Assembly (NCBI GenBank): GCA_030141605.1
Contig: JAQGDQ010000034.1
Span: 62,001 to 126,000 of the forward strand
Origin: Tubiluchus corallicola
Lineage: Eukaryota > Animalia > Priapulida
DNA: 64,000 nucleotides
Direction: 5' to 3'
In this document: positions 34,901-45,402 of the stretch, piece by piece
Layout: each line of letters begins with the position of its first letter
How positions within the stretch are numbered: the stretch's first letter is position 1
Notes under the pieces: generated by a model
The model's database searches: none
What the model was told of the DNA's origin: nothing
The model's input: only the letters and a program-made list of their open reading frames with translations
Made by a program: the position numbers and the translations under genes

Positions 34901-37900
34901 TTCAAGTGAAGACTTACTGCAATACATTTTTTGCAAGTTCACAAGTTCGCATTCATACTTTATGTACAGTCACCTGCATATATGATTGTACCTGGTGTGG
35001 TACAGCAAGTGTTGACCTTCATGTACCTTAGTGTACATAAGTGTTTCTAGACTGGCGAAGTTACAAAAGCTTTATCAACATCTATTTCTGTCAACACCTT
35101 GCATTGCTAACTATGATGCAGAATTGCCAATCGCCTACTAGATATGCAAGCTTCATTGTTTTTTGAGGCACTTGGCTTCAAGAAACTCACATACCTCATT
35201 AAAATCTCCCACCCTGGGGATGTGATTCTTACGGGTTTTGCCGATGATCGTTCCGTTCTGTGAGATTACAACTGAAAAGGAAAAAACTGCCATACAGGAG
35301 TTTTTCGACTAAGTAAACAACACAAAGTAAAAGTACAGATACAAGTAACAAAGGTGAAAAATCAGATACATTGCCAATGATCATTTCATTCCGTGAGTGT
35401 ACAAATGAAAAGGAAAAAACTGGCGTACAAGAGTTTTTCGACAAAGTAAACAACACAAAACAAAAGTACAGATAAGTAACACAGGTGATAAATCAAGTCA
35501 GCTCAAGTGTGCCTCAGGGACCCGAACCGTTCATGTTTTTACTTTACATCAGTAATATACATACAATAATGAACTATACAGGACGTAAAGCCATAAGCAG
35601 CCAACTACAACGAAAAATCATACAGTGAGCTGATAAATTGGTAACAACTAAAAGCAATACATTAAACCAAGCATAGTAATAAAGAAAACTTGAAGTATAA
35701 CAAGTGATAATGCATGTTTTTTACAACAGTGTAAATAATGAGCATGTCAAGTATAAATGATGAACAACAGAGACTAAAACTATAGATAAAAACGTGTAGC
35801 AAAACGCAATTGTCAGAAAAAAGTTACGGACGGAAAATGAATGGCAACAGCATTCATTTTGGACTGGTGAATGTATCTTTCACGCTTTCTTGTTGATTGC
35901 CACTAATTTTTTAACATTATTGTAACTGCAGCGAGTTTGGTGTGCGGTCCACAAGATGGCGCATTTCTCCAAATTTCAACTCTGTGTGCTCTCTGGCATT
36001 GTTTGCGAGCTTGCAGCTCACTCTGCGTTGATGTTTGAGAGGAATGACATGTACTTGCGGCAGGTCGAGGTCAGGGTCGGGGTCACCAAGACAGACAATA
36101 TTATTAAGTTTTAATTGAATTCTGTGAAATCAATTTTGTTTGCCATAATAAACATTTTGTTCATTATTCAACGAGTTCTGTGTTTCTTGCCTCGACCACT
36201 AGTGAACTTAACTCCGAGTAAACCTCATGAGTCAACGATCTGCAAAGCTATTACAATGATCAATGAGAACGTGACAAAGACTGCACACGGTACTCGGTGA
36301 CCAACAACCCATCGTTTTCTTAGCTCTTAACTAATGATCCCTCAACCCATTATTGTAGTTCAATCATATGCTCATCCACATAGGGCAAGAATATGATATG
36401 GACATGTTACAAAGTTTCATATAGGATAGCCTTACACTTTAGTACATAAACCACTGTGTATGTTCATAGCAAATGGATTTACCTGCTGTATTCCAGAGTT
36501 GCTCGCCATGAACTTCATCACGCTCTAGTATTGGCGAAACAATGACCATGTTGTGCATTTTTGCCCACTTGCAAAAACAAAACACAAAACTAGTCAACCG
36601 CAAACTAAGATAACAAAAAACTGTAATGAATCATCAAAAGAGTTTATACAACTTCCAGAGTTACTGTAAATGGCATGTATATTTTGGAAGGCTACTGAAA
36701 GTTTCAAAATATTTCCATTTATTTTTGTAATAGTATTTCAAATTACCGTTAATACTATTATAAGAGTTTTGTAAACTCTCTCAGTTTGATATCCTTAATC
36801 AATGCAAATTTTGTAAAGATCAACACAATCAAAGTACCTGATACATTGTTAGTTTACGGGCATTAATAAATTCGTTCTTAGGAAATCAGATTTTTGCACT
36901 GAAATAACATATATGCTGAAAAATACGTAGTCACCAACAGTCCCTTGTTTTTTGTCTTAGCAGTAGTTTTAATAGTCTTCATCAACTATATTCATTATTG
37001 TCTTAGTTAAAACTCTGCTTTGATGGAACAGGATAGTGCTGCCCTCTGTTAATTGTAATGAAAGTTGTCATTCACAAGTTCTGTGCACTTTTTTAAACGA
37101 ATGACAAAACATGTGAAGACATCAGTGGAGCACACAAGCTTACAACAAATTTTACACGATACTAGTGACATAAGCAATTTTGCAAATACCTCCTGACAAA
37201 GGGTGACTGTTGGTCCCTCCTCTGCGCTCTCTGCAAACTCACACCAAGGCTGCTTCTCACGAGTACAGAAAGCAAAAGGCATAGCTGCAAAAAAATAAAC
37301 ATTTACATTCAAAAGGAAATTTGCAAATATCCATAATAAAAATAAGTACAAGATAAGCAGACATCTACTGTCCGTATTTCGACATCCTAATTCTAGCCTC
37401 AGTTATCATGACTTAAGAATAAAAAAATTTTGCTTATTAAAATCAGAACAGAATGACCTTACAGAAGGGCTAGTGGTAACACACATTTGGACAATTACAA
37501 TAGAAAAACTAAATATGATAAAAACTAAAATAGTATGATGAAATTAAACAAAATGTCCCGGAAAGAGGAGATATGTTTCCAAAGTCCATATCATATTGTG
37601 AATTTTAGTCAGTTTACAATTAGACATAAAACTCAGCATGAGTATACAATAAAGCACCGTACACATGGTGAACAAACAGGTCCAAAATAAACTATAATCC
37701 TCAATAATCAGGCGATATGTATACTACCGTCTGACTGGAAAAAAGCAAGCACTGAATGCACACAGAGACACAATAACAAAATTACTGTATTGTGTAACAA
37801 ACAACGTGCAATAATGTGAATGAAATAGTAATGAATCAGAAATTCATTCACAGTACCTCATGTTCACTGCTACACATTATGTGCACTATATCACCAAATG

Positions 37901-40301
37901 GTCTCAGCAAGTTATCATTGTAGCGGACTTCTTCCTTGTAACCAGAGTGAACTAGGTGGCAAAAAATTGCCAGTGATAGCTGACAATTTCCAGTATAACA
38001 GGGTATGCCACAGTGAGCCTTAAATACTATAAATTGGTTATTTAATTAACAGACAATACAAGTAGAGTAAAACAGGGACAAAGAATTCGTTTACAGAGTG
38101 ACTAATTAAAAAATTCTTAAAAATCAATATTTCAGTGCACACCAGCTGCTATTAGTTTAATAATATTTTAGCAGATGGGAACATTAGCATTGCCACCATA
38201 CAATATGTGTATCATAGTGACATCTATTGTCAGAAGGAAGAAATCATTATGAGCCAATGGCTCTTTAATGCATAGCTACGTACGCCATGCTTCTTGTAAG
38301 CACAGGACATTGACGCTACATAGTGCTGCCACCTGGACTAGTTCTTCTATTCGCTGATGGATTGCAACACGTTGGTCTTCTATTGGTTCAGTTGTGGCTA
38401 AGACAATCTGATTTTGTATGATTCCTACACGCACCCTTCTCGGTGAGCGTGTTTGCTCTGCAGCTGCAGAGACAACATATCCCTGTAGGTCAAAGTTCTT
38501 CTCTTGTGCGAGTTCTTTTGCTAAGCTGGGTAATTCAAGATGGCTGAAATAAAGATGTGGCACAATCTCTTATTATAAAATTTATGTAGGTCTTTTACAT
38601 GAGCATAAGACAAATAATGATAGAACAATGCAGTGCAGAAGCTGTTAAAGGAAGACCGGACGGTTGTTTAGACTCAATCTCGCTTTAATTTACTGTCCTA
38701 AATATACATTTTCTTGCCTATAAAAGTTAACAATTGTTCCTTATACTTGAATAATTAGCTTAGAAAGTTAATTAACGGCAACCAAACTCAGCTATTGCTT
38801 ATGTCAGAAACTAACGACAGTTTGTGCAATGGTAGACATCTTTCCTGCACATCAAGTACATTTGCATAAGTGTTACACTACTGTTTGAACACATGATGTC
38901 ACGAAAAATGGGCTCTACATTATATGACGTCAGAAACTTACACTGCAGTTCATGATCATGGTTATCACGGTACCGTCTTCTATTTGTCGGCCACACGAAT
39001 GTGACAAAAAGGCGCCGCTGCCAATCTTAGTAGATTCACTGAGCCATGAGTAGCTTTGAAAGTTTAACGAAATTTGAGTATCCCAGGTAATTATTATTTA
39101 ATCTAAGCTTTGATTTAAAAAAAAGCTATTGTAGTTTTCAATATTTTAGAGCATTCTTTACTATGAACTCGTGTTTACACAATCATCCGGTTTTCCTTTA
39201 AATGTGCAATATTCGTGTACCCTGTAAATTGTTAAAGAACGTGTAAATTTTCTAATATGTTATCTGTTTTACAAATTTGTTTATTTAATACCTGCCTGCT
39301 GATAAAATTTATTTTTAAAGAAATTGCAAGTGACGTTAAACAAATTTTAGTACAACAGAAATTTGTAAATTGCTCTCTGGAACTATTCTAAACAAGTATT
39401 TTTTAACAAAACCACTTTATGTTCTATTTTCTTGCAGTTCAATAAGAAAACCGGAACTGTGCAACAATGAACAAAATGATATGAAAAACAACATTATTAC
39501 AGAATCTTCATAAAGTTTAGACATTTGCATTCACTAGGCCACTACAAAGAAACTTGCACTGTGTTTACATTATATCAGAATATTTATAGATTTTAATATG
39601 GATCCATCGATTAACTATTTGCATCATAAATTTACATAATGTAATAATTTATGATGCTACTACACCAAACAAGGATGATTCAGTTAACATCGAACACTGG
39701 TGTTGCTGACAAGTAGCACTAATTTAATATGCACATGTGACATCATCGAAGATATCGTTTCAGCTAATTGTATATAATTATAAACTCAGTTTATAGATTA
39801 TATTATATATTATAGGATAAGAATTGAAGGCTTTCAGACAAAACAAAGACTGGCACCGCAGGCCTACTAGTAAATAATATTGTCTCATCTGAAATGTTAC
39901 TGACATAACATGAAGTTTTATTCAATTTGGTTATGTATAAACGTAAAAATAGGAACTTAACTGCAGACGGGCTATATGAGTGTCACATGCTATCATAGCT
40001 CAGCTTTCTCCTGAGTACTACTAAGTCCAAGAACCACATGCAATAAATTGGCAAATTTAGTTTGCAGTTTACGCAACTCTGACGAAGTCACTACCCAATA
40101 ACTTTCAAAGTTACTTGAACCGATATGCCAGCACAAATTTTTAACTAGAAACAGTGTGAAACACAGAACAGCAAAAGTAAATCAAGTAGTTACTTACATT
40201 GGCGATGCTTGCCCAAACAAGATCCTTCTCACTTCGTTTAACTCCACGAGAGGCAAATTTTCCTCAAGTATTTTTTCCAAACTCTCAACCTGGTCAGCCA
40301 T
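31948..40301 (-). CDS. UPB1: Beta-ureidopropionase (nitrilase superfamily), 5' part; coding exons 40301-40198, 38543-38284, 37284-37190, 36567-36483, 35271-35195, 32002-31948
   Basis: Spliced translation: [24 protein letters not shown] / [15 protein letters not shown] / [26 protein letters not shown] / [17 protein letters not shown] / [23 protein letters not shown] / [18 protein letters not shown]. All introns are GT-AG with compatible phases. Catalytic Glu and Lys are present; the Cys exon was not found in the window. Confidence 0.93.
32368..32785. mobile_element. hAT-like MITE (CAGGGCYGGAT-type TIR), copy 1
   Basis: Termini agggccagattat and ataatccagccctg; GGGCCCC motifs; body collinear with 45828..46254. 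Confidence 0.75.
35238..35495. repeat. 133-bp tandem duplication including a UPB1 splice acceptor and exon start
   Basis: gaaaaggaaaaaactg at 35274 and 35407; the second copy includes a diverged exon start with the acceptor CAG changed to CAT. Confidence 0.85.
35507..35645 (+). mobile_element. Decayed non-LTR retrotransposon RT fragment
   Basis: Translates to [18 protein letters not shown], resembling the RT motif GVPQGSxLGPxLFxLYIND. Confidence 0.55.
38649..39197. mobile_element. Non-autonomous DNA transposon with TTAA TSD (Kolobok-like)
   Basis: Left TIR aggaagaccggacggttgtttagac, right TIR (reverse complement) aggaaaaccggatgattgtgtaaac; TTAA at 38645-48 and 39198-201. Confidence 0.8.
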
Positions 40302-40718
40302 AGCAACGGCTGAACCGCCTTCAACCAGCAGCTGAAAATGGTCGGCAAGAGCCGAATTCTGGCTGATTTGATACCCGCCGGTTTGCGAAACGTCGTCAGT
40401 GAATGCACTTGTAACACGCTGCGACTTTTTGGCGCTCCCAGAAAAATATTTAGTATGCTTTTTGCTTTCTCCGTGTTTCTTTAAATCAGCGTATTTGCAT
40501 CTAAGAACAGAAGAACACGCTCTGCAATAAGGAATTTTAGCACCATTTTCATCTCGCCTGTAACCTAGCCATTTCGTTAACAATGGGTCTTTAAGCCAAA
40601 CATCTCTGAATTTTTGTTTGTATTTGGTCCATGACTTGACAGTGTTCTCGGCAGGTGGCCTTTCATCATTTTCGTTCTCTTTTATGGCTTCATCTTCTAG
40701 TTCTTCACTCTCGACTAA
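40302..40718 (-). CDS. Exon segment encoding a hAT/TTF-type C2H2 zinc finger, in frame with the UPB1 start
   Basis: KYKQKFRDVWLKDPLLTKWL..CRAC..LKKHGESKKH; TTACAG acceptor at 40719; no stop before the UPB1 ATG at 40301. Confidence 0.7.
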
Positions 40719-41137
40719 CTGTAACATTTTAAAATTAACAAGCTGTTGAAAATTATAAATTCAGGATGAAAATCAGCGGAGAATTAGGTAGTCTCAACAG
40801 TGATGCCAATTATTTCAAGGTCGGTCCAAATTTTGTTTCATCTTTCAAGATTAAAAACTATTTCAAAATTTGGAAGTTTTCTCTAAACTAAGTAAAAATT
40901 CGCCGTTTAAAACCGTACAGTTATAGTAATAGAAATAAACAGACTTAAAGCAAATTGTTGGGTGACAGACGAAGATAAAACATTAACTCAAGAATTCAAA
41001 ATAATTATGACTGCATCAAAACATGTCTGCCAAAACACACTGCATCCAATATACAATAATGACACTCAAATTTGTTTGTCTACAAATTACTTTTGTTAAA
41101 TAGTGCAACTTTAACTCCTCATTATTTGACGACTCAC

Positions 41138-41593
41138 TTTCTCATCGCCTGAAGACTCTGAAGTATCGCTGCTAATCGAAGCACCAACGTTTGTAACAGA
41201 CATTTTTGCCTTAAAGTTGTTCTTGTGCTTTTCGGTGCTGGCATGTTTCACCAAATTATTTTTATTAGGATGCTTAAGCTTGATATCACAGACACGACAA
41301 ATAGCAATGCTTTTGTCGCCATCTGTACTCGGTCGCAACCAATTTTTTAACACTGGATCACTTAGCCACTCAGACTTGAATGTTTGAAAATACCATGTAC
41401 GCATTTTCTTTTTTGGCAGTGTGGACAGCTCTTCAGATTTCAGTTCTGGTTGCTGACTTTCTGATGAACATTCAATCTTTTCTGTTGCCTTAAATTCAGT
41501 TACTGCTTCTTGCCGATCTTCAGAGAAGGAAGCAGCATTTTCAAGACTTGACCAAGTTCCAACCTCCGTCTCTAAAAGAATATAGGTGGACAT
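41138..41593 (-). CDS. Exon encoding a second hAT/TTF-type zinc finger (putative first exon of the ZnF-UPB1 gene)
   Basis: gccATG start; WYFQTFKSEWLSDPVLKNWL..CRVC..LVKHASTEKH; AAA|GTGAGT donor after exactly 152 codons (phase 0). Confidence 0.7.
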
Positions 41594-44100
41594 GGCTGCA
41601 GTCTAACAGGTCTTCAAAGCACATAGAAGCGACTAAAATTTAATAGACACGCAGAAACAAACAACAAGCATGACTTGATGGTCGCTAGTTTCTGTAATAA
41701 TTTCAAAACAAAATAATTAATGGAAATTAATAACATTGTCGCGAGCGCAACAAAATGCTTTGAACCATTCATTTTTGACTACTTGAAGTTTCACTAAAAA
41801 TTTCAAAATCTTGAGAGAAATTTCAAAGTGACGCTCCCTATGGTGGCACCACTGGATTTGGTCAAATTTTCGCTAAATTAAGTTCACCAATATGGGAAAT
41901 CAAGCAAAGAAAATAAAGGCGCATTGTCGTAGCAATATCTGCCGAGCAGAAGCCGGTCAACCACTACAACCGAATAATACCTCATCTGGTTCAATTTTTT
42001 GTACACAGTAGATTAAGTTCGGGCATGGCTACAATAATTTATCTATTAGTCTATTGCACGTAATTCTAGCGAGTCTTCCTGTCTAGCTTACAAATAAATA
42101 AATGGCTAGTAGGTTTACCAAAAAATAGGAATGTGGCTATAATGTTCTAGCGCAAATGTATAGACACTGAACAGCAATAGCAGTATCAACAGAGTCACCA
42201 AAATTAATATAGAGCAAGGCCATATTTAATTTAATGAGATACTGTTGTCAATACCTTTCAGATGTCAAAAGTGACTAGTAATTATCACCTCTAACATTAT
42301 TTTGTTTCAAAAGCATTAGAAAGCACACAAACATTCAAAACTTTTTTCCAGAAACACAGCAAGTTTAAATTAAAGTGTCAATCATGTTAAGTCATCAATG
42401 CTGATGACCATGGTACCCTAATGCTGACAAATCACAGTATCTTGTATGTAATAATAACTTTTCATCTCTTTTCACACTGACAAATTAATGAAAAATTATT
42501 ACTAATTTTGTAATCAATTGAATGTGTGCTTGCATAGCAAAATTGGCCATAAGTCAGCCATTAAGTTTTTTAGTTATTCACATATCCTGAATCTCAATTT
42601 TATGAGGATCACTTTGATACCAAGCTCATCACTCTATGTTATTTTTAAACTGAGATAATCCATGTTGAAATAGGTGTGCAGGCTACGCATTGAAATACAT
42701 TTGAGATCACTTTAACGTTAGCCATAGTTTTTTGTCGCCTGTCTACAAAACACTTAGACAACCTTACGGATGTTGGTTGTAACCAAAGTTGCAAGAGTAC
42801 ATTGAAGTTATGTTTAAATCCAGTATATTGCCCTTGCTGACGAAGATCTGGGCTTGGCAACAGAAAAAACCCAAAGCAAAATGACAGCTTCCAGGAGCTA
42901 CTATCGGAGTTCAAATCATTCAACATTGAAGCATCATAACATAGTTTTAACTATGCCGAGTTATGGACGGTTTTGGTATGCAAGCACACACATAAAAACT
43001 TGTATTCACTCAATGTTTAGGTATTAAACATTTGTGGCTTTATAGAAGAAATGTAATGTTTTTGCAGCTTATTTTGCTATACATTAATGCAATAATGTAG
43101 TAATAAAAAGTACAAAATCATAAAAATTATCAGGAACAATGAACATTTAATAAAAAACAATTATATTAATGATAGAAAAATAGTTAGTGTAACAATGTTA
43201 AACACTGTATATAAAAATACTTGCAAAATTTTCTTTGCCACTTATATCTACATAACAAGTAATTGTACCATAGAAAGCACATTACAAAACAACAACGTAA
43301 AAAAATAACACTAAATCTTGCTTTCATGAAAAGTGATACTACACATTTTTTTCTGTAGTTTATAAGTGTAGCGCAATGGATAATGTAGCAAGTCGTGTCC
43401 TCAAACTCAGGTGCAAGTGTATGTATCTGGCCTTGCACACTGGCATTTGGCAATATTTTTCAACTTCACCCCTTTAACATAGTTTTGGGTTACATAACAA
43501 TAATTCAAGTTATTAAAATTTGCATTTTACCCACAAAAACAATACCAGGCAGAAAAATTTTCTTTGGCAGGAATTCATTGCAAAACTATTTCGTGTCTAT
43601 AAGTCACTGCTGGGCTTTCTAAGGGAGCTTCTTTTGACGCGCAATTAACAGCAAACAACAAATGTCTTGCCCAGTTATGGTTTGTTGGCAGCTCATGTTC
43701 TGGTATAAAAGACCATAAGGAGGCCTCCAAAAACCACTTCGCAGCAGTATGACAATAAGCCCTAAACAGCAGGAGGCGCAGTACAGCTGCAGCTGGTGAA
43801 TTCTTCACTCTAAATCTAAAAACAGGACAAAGGCATATTATTTACTCTCAACATAATCATTAATATCTCACAATAACAATGAAACTATAATAGCTGACAC
43901 AAGAAGTCAATAGTTTCACTTCCACAGAATTGTGCAAAATTTTTGTAGCTAGCTTTTAACATGCAACTTTCAACTTTTAGGAAATTACCGAGAGCCAAAA
44001 AACTGTTTATTTAAAATCAGCTTGTTGTAATACACCTAACAGATTTAATTATGATTTTGATCATAAATCACGTTTGAAATGAAAATTTGTAATTGAATTC

Positions 44101-45140
44101 TTGGCTGAGTGGTCATGAATGCATGCTTTATGTGAGTAGTGTGTGGAAACTGGGTTCAATACTCACGTCTGGAAGTAGCATTCGTATATTTAAAGGGGGA
44201 ATATCATGAAAATCAAGTTAAACTTATTTTATAATTGCCTTCCCCGTGAAGAACTTGGTGAAATTTTTTTAGCAGTACGTTGTCTAATTAATGAGTAATT
44301 AACTTTTTTGCATCTTGCGGTAAATGCCATGGAGCTGCACTTATGCCTTTCTGGGTGAAAAAATTTAACTAGCGCAGCTCGCTTGTTGTAATACTATGGC
44401 ACGAAGTCTGTCAGAAGTGCAATCACAATATTTTTAACACTAGAGTTCATCATGTTCTAAACTCAGGTTTCAAAGCAAACAGAAATTATCACACAGTTTG
44501 TAGGCATGAATCCAGCTTTTTTAGATTATGCTTTTATTGCTTCAATAATTTTCTTTTGCTCAAGCAAAACTAAAAGTTCAATCCACAATAAGCTAATCCT
44601 TAACTTGATACCGTCACTAGGCATAAACTGCGCTGTATGCTGACGCTGCTTTTTGATGTAAATAAATACTCAAACAGTGTTGTGTACAGTGCTTCAGCAT
44701 AGGTGTTCTCCCCCTGTGACTTTTGCCAAGTTTCATCTGTAAAACGGCAATTTTCGCTACCAGAGGCACAGGCGCAGGTCCATGCTCATGGCGGAATTCA
44801 AATGTTCGTTTTGTGTACAATTTTATCCGAACTTTTGCCAAGGATTGTTAAACATGAATTTTCGTGAAGAATAAGGTACGTACTTGTATTCGTTATATAA
44901 TCGCGAGTTATTCAAGCTCAACTTAATTTTGGTGATATTCCCCCTTTAAGTTGTTTAACTTATAGTAGGATGCATACATATATCCAAATGAGACACTGCT
45001 GCTGGTCCAGTGGCTCATCTTAAAGGGCTGTCCTTGTTTATACTACAAACATCTTGCTGAGTAGGCTCTGTCTTTGAGTGCTGGATGATGGCTTGCAGGA
45101 GTGCCAAAGTGATAACAAATGTTTACAATAACTAGAAAAC
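44101..45140 (+). mobile_element. Possible tRNA-derived SINE interrupted by a TTAA element
   Basis: A-box-like TGGCTGAGTGG (44102) and B-box-like GGTTCAATAC (44153). Related TAGCYGAGTGGTCA heads at about 49800 and 55751. The 3' end is uncertain. Confidence 0.35.
44194..44945. mobile_element. Non-autonomous DNA transposon with TTAA TSD (Kolobok-like)
   Basis: About 30-bp TIR AGGGGGAATATCA..AAAAT.AAGTT.A.CTT; TTAA at 44190-93 and 44946-49. Confidence 0.85.
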
Positions 45141-45402
45141 TGTGTATTAATGCATGTAGCAGTCATGAACAATAAAAATGTAGCAATAAAGATTTACTCA
45201 GACTTCATGGTGAGCAATAAAAAGTTGTGCATTAAATTTAAACAAGATTTGGAAGAAATGTTTTTCCCATACAAAAACAATAAATAGCAAAATAGCAAAG
45301 GTAAGCAAATGAAAGTGTGTACATTTCCGCTTTTGTCCTTCGCTATTTCAAATGCAGAATCCGTGAATAACGAACTTAACAGTAGCTAAAGTGAACCGAT
45401 TT

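Noticed and set aside
36290-36316. Minus-strand DGLLVTE resembling the UPB1 C-terminal DGLLV motif
   Set aside because: Out of order (inside an upstream intron), preceded by a stop and not followed by DLNLC; likely chance.
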